64,000 bases of DNA from Camelus dromedarius (taxonomy: Eukaryota). The stretch spans positions 5,518,001 to 5,582,000 of the forward strand of contig NC_087437.1 in NCBI RefSeq assembly GCF_036321535.1. The letters run 5' to 3'. The notes under the pieces are model-generated. The model had not been told where the DNA came from. It did not search any database and saw only the letters and a program-made list of their open reading frames with translations. Below are positions 1 to 10,599 of the stretch, in pieces. Positions within the stretch are counted from its first letter, which is position 1. Every line of letters begins with the position of its first letter. Position numbers and translations under genes: made by a program.

Positions 1-53
1 GTAAAATACTTTAAAGAATAGGAAGCACATGTCTGGCTAATTCACCACCTTAC

Positions 54-104
54 CGGAGGTATAACATAACTCCTCTGTTCTCCAGCAGGCCACTGCGGTG
101 GCAC
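54..104 (-). CDS. DAZL: DAZL exon 8 (51 nt): VPPQWPAGEQRSYVIPP; the gene continues beyond position 1
   Basis: Acceptor ccttttcaag, donor gtaagg. Frame-preserving exon matching the DAZL PPQWP-GEQRSYV-PP motif. Confidence 0.96.
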
Positions 105-799
105 CTTGAAAAGGAAATAACAATTATTTAAATATTCCTTCACATTTTCACAAAGATAAGAGATAGACAATGTTGAGGTATCTGTCATGCTGGCTCCTTG
201 TATGTGTTATAATAACAAGAAACAAAATGAAAGAAAGAGGTATTTCATGTTTCTAATATCTGAGGATCTTACTTTTATTTTTGTACATAAACTCCATCTT
301 TTTCTCAATTTTCTGGAGTTGACTTTCAGGAAAACTCAGATAGTAGGCCCTTGAGTTTATTACCATAGATATGGTCAAGGTCATATCTATGGGCAGAAAT
401 TCACAGTCAGCTTAAATAAACACTATCAAACATAACTGGAATTCAATGCACTAAGAATTAATCATTTTATTTCAACCTTTCCCCCTAGAAAAACTTACAA
501 AAGTAAGCCTGGATGTTCCAGCTATTAAGACAGTAAAGATGGAAGAATACATGTTAGAATACAGAGAGGACACCAAATCATGCAACAGAGTATAAGAGAA
601 AACTTCTTGCTTATTTAGCTCATTCCTGTAAAAATGTTATTCCTTTATTCCTCAATAATAGAGAAGCCCCAATTCTAGACTAATTCTAAGTTTTTTTCTT
701 AAATTTTAGGCACACTCTAAATGACAATTAGGGAAATTTATATAAATAAAGGCCTCAATAATATTCCAAAGTAAATCATTTTGATCCCTCTTAAATTAC

Positions 800-871
800 C
801 TGATAATTATAAACAGGCAGCTGATATCCGGTGATAACCTGAACTGGTGAACTTGGATAAGGAGGATAAGC
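800..871 (-). CDS. DAZL: DAZL exon 7 (72 nt): the single 24-aa DAZ repeat AYPPYPSSPVQVITGYQLPVYNYQ
   Basis: Acceptor ttttcag, donor gtaatt. Symmetric phase-0 exon with the diagnostic DAZ repeat. Confidence 0.97.
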
Positions 872-1849
872 CTGAAAATAAAGTTTACAGAAAGAATGAA
901 ATAACAAAGTGCATTTTTAAAAATTTCAAAGTACTATTATTCCCAATATAACAAAAATAAGAAAATAAGGGAATCTTAATTTTTTATAGATAATGCAGGA
1001 TTCTATTTGAGTGACTGGCTTCATGAAGAAGTAAGTATTCTCTGTCAAATGGTAGTCTTTTTGTTTGAGAAGAGGTAGAGATAAATAAGGGAAAAGTGAT
1101 TTTGCTTGCCTAGGTTTATCTTATTTGTGCATTTATTCCCACCTAGAAGTTCTTTCTTACATGGTGATCAGGATCTATTAGAATAGATTTCCAAGTTAAA
1201 GTTATATTAATACATGTTTGCTATTTTTTTTTGCAAAAATATTTTTAGGCAGCTTTGTATTCCTTTCACAGCATTGTGAGGTAATGTGGAGCCCTTCTAC
1301 AGACTTTAAGACTCTTTCTGTATTTCACTTCTAAAAGTTAAGGGAAGTATGTAACCCCAAACTGGAAGAGACAGTACAATGTCTTATATTTTTCAATAGA
1401 TACTTATTGATTGAAAATATATAGGTAGTAGCATACACAAATATACCAGAAGCAGTAATAATATCTCACGGTAAACATTAGGAACAAGTAGGGCTTTTCT
1501 TCTAGTCATGTTTCAAGTAGGAATAATAAAAGATATACCCTACACTCCAGGTAGATGGAAAATGTAAACAAATGAGAGACATTGCAGAACTATTTTACTA
1601 TTATTTTGTCTCTTTCTAAAAATAAAATGTCTTTTAAGCTGAAGAAAGTAAACTGAACTAAGAAAATAAATGTTATTTATCATCAATAGTAGGTAAGTAT
1701 TCCAAATCCCACTTCAAATACTAAGGGAACCAAGACAAGATAAATTACGTGCCAGAAATCCATGGGGTTTATAAATATAGTTAAGTCATCAGAAATTTAT
1801 CCATTCCAGAAGCAGACTGTATCCAGAAGTCAATTATCTATATGAGAAG

Positions 1850-2228
1850 GTATCTGGAAATCACTGCAAACAAAGAATAGCTGACCCTACAGAAGAACCA
1901 GATTATCACAGGAGGAAAGCTGCCTTCAAATATTTTAGGAGTTATCACATGGGGAAAAAAGGGGGAAAGAGACATATTCCACCTGGCTACAGAGGTCAGT
2001 TCTAAGACGAAGGCTTACAAATCATAAGGAAGCAGATTTTAGCTTAGTATAAGAAATAACACTAAGAATGACAGGTTTCTAACAGAAGTAACAGATTTCC
2101 TGTCCCTCAAAAGTACTCAAACAAGGATAATATTGTCACTTATTATGGAAATTGTAGACATAATTCCACAGACAGTAAGAAGTGAGACTGACTTAACTTT
2201 TAAGGTGCCCCCATCTGTAAGAGTTCCA
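1850..2228 (+). mobile_element. Ancient L3/CR1 LINE 3' fragment in DAZL intron 6
   Basis: 'agaggtcagttctaagacg...aggaagcagattttagcttagtataagaaataac...ttcctgtccctcaaaagtactcaaaca' resembles the L3/CR1 3' consensus. Confidence 0.6.
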
Positions 2229-2269
2229 GTACTATAATAAATGAAAACAAGGAATTTTATAATTCTTAC

Positions 2270-2409
2270 CTGAACATACTGAGTTATTGGATTCATCACG
2301 GTTGGAGGCTGCATGTAAGTTTCAGTGTTTGGATTACTCCAGACACTCTGAAACTGCGGTGGAGGAGGAGGATTAAAAACCAAAGGACGTGGCTGCACAT
2401 GATAAGCAC
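2270..2409 (-). CDS. DAZL: DAZL exon 6 (140 nt): CAYHVQPRPLVFNPPPPPQFQSVWSNPNTETYMQPPTVMNPITQYVQ
   Basis: Acceptor aaaag, donor gtaaga. Overlaps ORF-track entry 2117..2398. Confidence 0.97.
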
Positions 2410-2502
2410 CTTTTTAAAGAATACAAAGAAAATAAAGCCTATTTTTTAGTTCTCTGAGAGGCCACACATACGTCAACAAAAACAATTCCTTTCTTTACTC
2501 AC

Positions 2503-2566
2503 ATAAATTTTGTTTCCTGATCGCAGGGCCCAGTTTCAGCTTTTTACCATGGAAATTTATCTGTGA
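2503..2566 (-). CDS. DAZL: DAZL exon 5 (64 nt): SQINFHGKKLKLGPAIRKQNL
   Basis: Acceptor ttttcag, donor gtgagt. Encodes the end of the RRM. Confidence 0.97.
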
Positions 2567-2863
2567 CTGAAAATAAAAACAGTAACAAAACCAGAATCAA
2601 TGTCCAAGTCTTAACTTCCAAAGCTTTGGTAAACACCCAAGTCCTCTAAAATTTCTACTATTAGAGAAGATCAGTGGTAAGAACATACTAAATCAGAATT
2701 TAGCTAAAGTAGCTTCAGTATGAAGCTACTTTATCCTCACTATGCTAAGCAAATGTTGAGAGGTGTTGTGGAATTTGATCAAACACTTTTTATACTTTAT
2801 CTCTAATCTTTCCTGTCTCTAGTTCATGAAGCTGAATGCGCAATCAAAAATTAACAGGTTCTG

Positions 2864-3532
2864 GTGGGAATGTAAACTGGTGCAGCCACTATGGAGGACA
2901 GTATTGAGACTCCTTAAAAAACTAGAAATAAGACACCATATGATCTAGCAATCCCACTCCTAGGCATATACCCAGAGAAACATATAATTAAAAAGGACAC
3001 ATGCACCGTAATATTCATGGCAGCACTATTTACAACAGCCAAGACATGGAAACAACCCAAATGTCCACCAACAGATGACTGGATAAAGATGATGTAGCAT
3101 ATACAGACAATGGAATACTACACAACCATGAAAAAGAATAAAATAATGCTATTTGCAGCAACATGGATGGACCTGGAGATCACCATTCTAAGTGAAGTCA
3201 AGTCAGAAAGAGAAAGAAAAATGACATATGTTATCGCTTATATGTGGAATCCAAAAAAAAAAGGACACAAATGAACTTATCTACAAAACAAACAGACTCA
3301 CAGCCATAGAGAACAAACTTGTGGTTACCAGGGGGTAAAGGAGGTAAGAACGGATAAATTGGGAATTTGAAAATTGCACCTCCTGGGGAGTAATGGAAAT
3401 GTTAGCTATCTTGATTATGGTAGTGGTTTCACTGGTGCATACATCTATTGAAATTCATCAAATTGTACATTTGAAATATGTATAACTTACTGTACAGGAA
3501 CCATACCACAATAAAGGTGTTTTAAAAAAATA
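2864..3532 (+). mobile_element. 5'-truncated L1 with composite 3' end, in DAZL intron 4
   Basis: L1 ORF2-end and 3'UTR sequence, A-tail, and TSD AACAGGTTCTG at 2853-2863 and 3533-3543. Confidence 0.9.
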
Positions 3533-3697
3533 AACAGGTTCTGATAAGTTATGTAAGATTACTCTAAGTTCGGACGTCAAACAGGAAGTATATTTATTTC
3601 TGTTATCTTATACAAGACTGACTATATATTCAGGACTCAAACAATACTAAATACTGCATCTAGTTAAGAGATTTTTTTCCATAAGAAAAGTACTTAC

Positions 3698-3749
3698 TTC
3701 TACTATCTTCTGCACATCCACGTCATTATAAAATGAAACAAATCCATAG
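3698..3749 (-). CDS. DAZL: DAZL exon 4 (52 nt): YGFVSFYNDVDVQKIVE (completes RNP1 KGYGFVSF)
   Basis: Acceptor tttatag, donor gtaagt. Phase is consistent with exons 3 and 5. Confidence 0.97.
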
Positions 3750-4346
3750 CTATAAAGGCAGATAAATGAAATATAAAATCACCACCATAACAGTACATGG
3801 TTTAAAACTTCTGGTATTCTATGAAATAAACTGACAGAAGCTAAGCATGATAAAGGATGAAGAATATACTGAGATAAATGCTTGTAAGAGGTACATGACA
3901 GAATACTACTGCTTTTTGTTTTCTTACCCTGATCTACATCAGAATGCACTAAGATTAAGACTGTGAGGAAAAAAAGGTAGTGTGGGAAACTTATTCATTA
4001 ACAGAAAATTCCTATGTACGTAAATTTAACTTAATATCTATGGCAAGATTGTTAAAATTTCAGAAACTGAAATGTGTGAAGAAAGTAATTCTTTGATAAA
4101 AATGATTAATCCACTTATGTGAAATAAATGAAGATGGAAAACATTTAAATACAAACAGGCAAATGATTAAATAAAAGAGCGGCAGCAAACTTATCCTCTA
4201 CATGAAAGAAATTACAAAACAGCCAATTTCATTTATATGAATTTAAGAATTTATATAAGTTTTGAATTCTTCTTTTCTGAAACTCTACAAATGCTATATA
4301 GTTCAGGCATTTACGACACTTTATATTAAACATACGTTTTACTCAC

Positions 4347-4438
4347 CCTTTGGACACACCAGTTCGATCCGTGATTATCTTCACTTCTTTTACTGAACCA
4401 TATCTAGCAAAGAAACTTCTAATTTCGGTTTCATCCAT
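4347..4438 (-). CDS. DAZL: DAZL exon 3 (92 nt): MDETEIRSFFARYGSVKEVKIITDRTGVSKG (RRM)
   Basis: Acceptor ccatag, donor gtgagt. Translation matches the DAZL RRM. Confidence 0.97.
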
Positions 4439-4713
4439 CTATGGAGAAGAATTTGACTTTAAGAGTAAAAATTCAACATTCAAAATTTTCAATTATACTG
4501 TAAAGATTTGATGATGTTGGAACTGTCTCTCCCAAGTATCCCCAAACTACCTGTAGTTCTTTGTCAACGATATTTTTAGTCCCTATAGGTTAAACATAAA
4601 ATTAATTCCAAACTTGCATAAAGTGTCCAAAAAAGGCCTTATGGTTACAACAGGGCCCAAATCCCACTATTCACAAAATACTTTTAAAAATAAATGAAAT
4701 ATGAATACAATAC

Positions 4714-4860
4714 CCTAACATCAATTCCACCAACAAAAATGGTGTTTGGCATGATTCTGCCTTCTGGTAAAACATAGCCTTGGCTGGTCGTAGCTGATGA
4801 AGACTGGGTGCTGGCCTCTCTGGAGACAGTTGAGGTTGGAGTCTCAGGATTTGCAGCAGA
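4714..4860 (-). CDS. DAZL: DAZL exon 2 (147 nt): SAANPETPTSTVSREASTQSSSATTSQGYVLPEGRIMPNTIFVGGIDVR, includes RNP2
   Basis: Acceptor ttacag at 4861-4866, donor gtattg at 4708-4713. Translation matches the DAZL N-terminus. Confidence 0.97.
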
Positions 4861-5349
4861 CTGTAATTTGCAAAGCAGATATCATCACTAGATAGCAGGT
4901 TAAAATCACAGATGACGTGAAATATGTTTTGAAAGTACAAAATATTTTCATATAAATTACTGTCATAAATTAGTCATCAATAACACCTGAATTCAGGCTC
5001 AGGATCTAGAGTAATCAGAGCAGATCAACATGAAATTTTAACAAAAGGTTTCAGTACTTCCCCAACCCAACGTTGCTCAGCACCATCTCTTGTACAAAGC
5101 TGGGGTAGAATACCGATATCAAGTTTGTGAAAATACTATGTGAACTGGCAAAAAACAATTTAGATTTGTGAAAGTTTAGATTTGTAAAAAGTAAAGTTAC
5201 TAAAGTCATCCTGTTCTGCTGCAATAAGCAAATTTTCATTTTTCTGAGTACCTTATTCAAAAGTATGTTAAAGATAAACAGTTAAAAAAAAAGCTGCATC
5301 AAAAAGAAAACAAATGAAGTTTTAAACTAATTTGTTTTGCCTCATCTTT

Positions 5350-5918
5350 TTTAAAATTCTATTTAATTGACATAGTTGGTTTACAATGTTGTGTTAATTT
5401 CTGGTGTACAGCATAGTGATCCAGTTATATACATATATATTCCTCTTCATACTTTTTCATTATACGTTATTACAAGATATTGAATATAGTTTCCTGTGCT
5501 ATACAGCGGGATCTTGTTGTTTATTTTATATATAGTAGTATCTCAAACTCCCAATTTAGTCCTCCATCCCACTCTTTCCCCCCCAGTAACTATAAGTTTG
5601 TTTTCTATGCCTATGAGTCTGTTTCTATTTTGTAAATAAGTTCCTATGTGTCATTTTTTAAGATTCCACACATAAGTGATATCATATGGTATTTTTCTTT
5701 CTCTTTCTGGCTTAAAAGGATAAAGTAATGCCATTTGCAGCAACTTAGGATGACAATCTCTAGGTCCATCCAAGTTGCTGCAAATAGCATTACTTTATCC
5801 TTTTTAATGCCTGAGTAGTACCCCTCTTTATCCAATCATTTGTTGATTGGCATTCAGGTTGCTTCCATGTCTGGGTAGGGTTTTTTTTTTGCTTCCATGT
5901 CTTGGCTATTATAAATAG
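5350..5918 (-). mobile_element. 5'-truncated L1 3' end in DAZL intron 1
   Basis: L1 3'UTR and ORF2 C-terminus (FAATWMDLE in the ORF track). Perfect TSD TTGCCTCATCTTT at 5337-5349 and 5919-5931. Confidence 0.92.
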
Positions 5919-7409
5919 TTGCCTCATCTTTCTATTACCAAAATTAACACGGATTTTGTAATTTTAACACTCTGTGTTAGTATGCCTGCTTTACCTTCGA
6001 AATGGATTATGACATTATTTGTTTGTATATCATAGAACTTGCTTTAAAAAAAAAAAGTTGGGGGGCTTATAATCCTTTTCCCTAACCTTAGAGTGTTCAA
6101 AGCATCTTTAAAATAACAGTTTTATTCTTCAATAATATCAAATAAGTTCTATTGATATTCTAATTTTCACAGTGGGCTGACAGATATAAATAACTATCTT
6201 TATTTTCAGATAGAGGCCCACACATGAATTCTGGTCAAAACTCTGTCGTTAGGCTTCCCGCACTAAGATTAACGTAGATTTTTCTGAAGCAGAATTTACT
6301 GGTAATATGTATGTTGGAAAGGCTGTACAGCATACTGAAACAAAAACTGATTTAGTCATCTAGGTTCATGTCCCTCAGAAAAACTGCTTTGAGAATGAAG
6401 TAAGGAAACACCTATGAATTCTTTTGTAAAGTATAAAGTGGTATGCTAATACAAGTTAGCAGCCTGTTATGTGAATTTATTTTCAATAGGTTAAAAAAAG
6501 GTTTCTTTCTTGGTTTTACAATTTATGTACTCTTTTGGTGGATACTTCACTAATTAACAACTAATTTGACATGGAACTTGAAGAAACTATTTTACACACA
6601 TCAGCTTATCTGAAATCCCTTTATAAGTAGTGAGCACAAAGGACGCAAGAGAGAGATAAAACTATTACATATCAGCTTATGAAGGAAACCAAAAACAAGG
6701 ACAAAAGAAACCAGTAATTATTCTTAAAAAGATAAGCAAAATAATTTATAGAAATTACTAACAATAATGAAAAGTATGTAGAGTTCCTATTTTGTTAGAG
6801 GCTAGAAATCACTGGTAAACTTAAGACTACAAACTGCTATACTAATTGGAGATAAAAACAAAATTACCAAAGATAATTACCAAATTTGAGTGTTTTGGCT
6901 TTTCTCTGTTAACTTGTATTCATACTTGTTGTTTTGTGTTCCTGTCTGCACACTTCCTAATTTTTTTCCTTTAACTATGGTACAGTGATATTTCATGACA
7001 ATGAAGTGGAAGAGAGTAAAACTATTTCTAAAGCTTTCCTATATTTTAGTTTTTATAATTTTAATTTTTTAAACATGGGAATTACATTACATGAGTCACA
7101 TACCTCGAACTATCGAGAATTTGACATTAGATTTCCCTTCACGTCAATTTACCAACCAATCCCTTTTAATTAGCTCAGTCAAAAATCCAAAGCACAAGTA
7201 AAACAAAATAGCAGTTCTGAAATTACTGTAGACTTTCTTTTCTCCTTCTCAATTTCCCCTTCATTTGTGGATGAACTTTCAATACCACTTTATCTGATAA
7301 ATTATTTGTAGAATTATGTCTGTGAACCATAATGGATAGATGTGTTTTAATTTAGACATCTAACATCAGGTCAGGAAACAGTGCCAGATTATAACGGGTT
7401 ATGACAATG

Positions 7410-7600
7410 CACTGATTCTCAACCAGGGGAGATTTTTTTGGCCCAGGAGTATTTTTGATTGTCACAGCTGAGGGGTGCACCAGGTATCTGACCGGTAGAG
7501 GCCAGGGATATAGTAAACATCCTATAATGCAAAGGACAGCCCCCACAACAAAGAGTTACATGGCCCCAAATTTGCAAGGGGGCGCAGTTGAGAAACTCTG
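7410..7600 (+). mobile_element. MER20 (hAT-Charlie MITE)
   Basis: 'ttctcaaccaggggg...gtagaggccaggga...aaacatcctataatgcaaaggacagcccccacaacaaagag...gttgagaaactctg' matches MER20. Confidence 0.85.
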
Positions 7601-8479
7601 TGATGGTGTTGCCAGAACTGAAAAGGAAAGTTCTAATTCTCATATTCTATTTGCAAAAGTAAAATGGATATTTGAAACAACTAAACAGTAATCTGAGAAA
7701 AGAACAAAGCCATTAGATACTATAAAACATTTTGTTTGGGGTTGGGTCGTACAAATCGGCTGTCTGCTTAATTGAGATATTAAGCATAAAATTCATCAAA
7801 TCGTTTTACTAGTGTCATAGCCTTAAAGAAAGCATCATTATGTCCTAGTCCTCAGCCAGCAGATGGTGCTCAAAGCTAAAGTAAGCAAAGTACTCCATTT
7901 TTACAAAAATTGAACAGCAGGAATTTTTAAACTTCTACTGTGTCTGTATTTATATACAATCATAACATACATACAAATCCACAACCAATAAACAATTTTT
8001 GACCACTTTTAAACTGCTGCCAAAAATACTACACAAATGAATTCTGAGGATAAGCAAAAAGTTTGGTGTTAAAGTATTAAGTCTTAACTATCAATAGCAG
8101 TATGCAGAAAATAAATTGCCTGTAAATTAAAGTAGTGATTACTTTTCTTAATTACACCTTCAAGTGACTTGGGATGCTGGGATATTAAGTAGGGATGAAC
8201 TTGGAGGCCATCATATACACAATTCTCATCACTGCTATTTACAGTAATATATTCCATTATATTTGGATAACCAAATAACAAAGATAACTAAAAGCTGAAA
8301 AACAAAACAAAACTTTTCATTACTAATGCGCCTGGCATGTCAGGTCTTTGACAACATTTCGTTTAACTATTATGTTTACATGCATGCCAACTAAAACCTA
8401 TGTATACTGACTAGGATAAAGGCCCATAAAATTTGCAGTCATCAGCATTATATCCACAGAAAAAAGTAGCTATTAAAGA

Positions 8480-10170
8480 GAAAGGAAATTCTATTAAGGA
8501 AATAGAAAATGAAAATCAGAATAAAACCTTTTAAGTAATCAAAGAGTGAACTCTTAAGGGAAAAACATTCAAATAATAAACAAACAATCCTGGGAAAGCT
8601 AAAAAGAAAATTAGTTGTGAAAAACGGGATATGAGAACAGATTAGAAGAATGTTCTATAAGACTAAATTTAGAAATCTCAACTACATGGCTACCTTTCTA
8701 GAGAAATGCACATTTAAAAAAAAACAATCTTAAGAAAAGAAAGAACACTCAATTTCTAGCTCAGTTTCATTGGGAGTTTTCTTAAACTGTAAAGAAACAA
8801 TTTGTGTGAGGGGCACACCCTAGACAAAAAGTGGTACAAAGTAAAGAAAGTGGAAGAGAAAGGAAATTTAAAAGCTTTTCTTAAATTTTGAAAAGCATTT
8901 TCTAAAACTAACACCATCTAAATAACAAAAGCTGATTAAGATGGTCCACTCCTGCCCTCAACAGAGAGATGCAATATATATATATACACAATTAAGTAGT
9001 TTATATTGGAAATGCAGGGATAGTTCATTCTTAGGAAACCTGTTACTGTAATTCACCATAGAAAAAGCATTCGATAAAATACAGCATTCATTTCTTAATT
9101 TTTAGAAAAACCCAGTGGAAGAATGTTATTTTCTATCAGTGTAATTCTAAATTATCATCAAGTTTAAAGTGAAACACGATAGTGATTTCCACTGAAATTA
9201 GGAATCAGGGTACCTCCTTATCACCACCATAAATTTTTTCCACTATATTTGACAAATAGTTAATAACAGAGTTTTTACAATCGCTAAGATAAGTATCCAA
9301 ATAAAAAGGTTGATTAAGAATCTATCAAAAAGAAATGTAAAAAGCTAACGACAAACTTTAACTTCACTAATGATTAAAAAAAAGAACACATTGCACGGTG
9401 AAATATTTTCCAGCTATTAGACTGGCAACTGTAAAAACTATAACACTTTTCACTGGAAAGTATGTAGAGAGATCACTCTAAACACTATCAGCAGGTAGGC
9501 ATAATTTACCAAGAGGAACTAGGAAAGATGTATCATAATTCAAAATTGTTATAAAATGGGCATAACCTTTTCACCCAGTGATTCCACTTCTGAAAATTTA
9601 TTTCAAGTTATTAATAGAATAATAAGCATGTCAAAACTTTTGCACAAAGATACTTATAGTATTGTTTTAATATAGATAAACTATTCATTATAAGGGAATT
9701 GGGCAAAAGTAATGGTACAGTCTTTTTTTAATTTTGGGGGGGAGGTAATTAGGTTTTTAAAATTTGTTGATTTATTTATATGGAGGTATTAGGTATTTAA
9801 ACCAGGAACTCGTACATGCTAAGAACGCCCTCTACCACTTAGCTATACCCTCCCCCTGTAATGGTACAGTCTTATATCCTAACATTATACATTCAAATTA
9901 TTTTAAATTTCTCTTTGGAATAAGGCCCACTATATTAACTGAAGGATGCAGGCTGTAAAACAGTATTATATGACACAGTACGATTTTTAGAAAATAAAAT
10001 ACACCTCTCTATATGCAATACATGCATGAAAATAGTCTGGAAGGACATACGTACAAGAAAACTTTAACAGTGGTTAAACGCTGGAATTAAGATGGACCTC
10101 CACTTTCTTACAATGATTACTTATCAACGAGTTAATATACTACTTTTATATCAGAAAAAAATCAATAAAG
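8480..10170 (+). mobile_element. Highly decayed old L1 (L1M/L1ME-type) ORF2 and 3' remnants
   Basis: gaaaaagcattcgataaaatacagcattcattt (EKAFDKIQH) at ~9061. L1ME-like 3' end 'gtctggaaggacatac...ttaacagtggtt' near 10035-10080. Confidence 0.6.
9725..9857 (-). mobile_element. tRNA-Ala-derived camelid SINE (vic-1 type)
   Basis: Minus strand reads ggggagggtatagctaagtggtagag...acctaattacctcccccc-polyA. Perfect 16-bp TSD GTAATGGTACAGTCTT at 9709-9724 and 9858-9873. Confidence 0.88.
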
Positions 10171-10599
10171 CCACTAAATTTCCCTCTTTTTCCTCTAAAA
10201 ATGGAGAGAAAAAACTATAAACAATTATAGTAACTAGTAGTGATTAGTAACTATCGACATGAATAACTACATGACACAAATAATCATTACAAATAGCTTT
10301 ACATTACAATAAGCATAATTATAAATTTTACTTTAAAATTTGTACATACTAACACAAATTGTGTACAACTTTCCTCTCTTTACCTCTAAAAACGGAGAAT
10401 AATAATTATAATACAAATAACTACACTTAGCATATAATACACTTGTGACTTGATGGTCAGAAGTGATCACAGAATTAGCTGCATCTCGAGATGGTAAATC
10501 TGCGCATTTCACAAAACTCTCAGAAATGTCACCCAAAAGAGTATTAGCTACTCTAAGAGGCATTTTGTTGAAATTTCCGTTTCTCTAGAGGGGAAATGT

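Noticed and set aside
2117..2269. C-terminal part of ORF 2117..2398 as coding sequence
   Set aside because: Read-through past the exon 6 donor (gtaaga) into intron 6 and L3 sequence.
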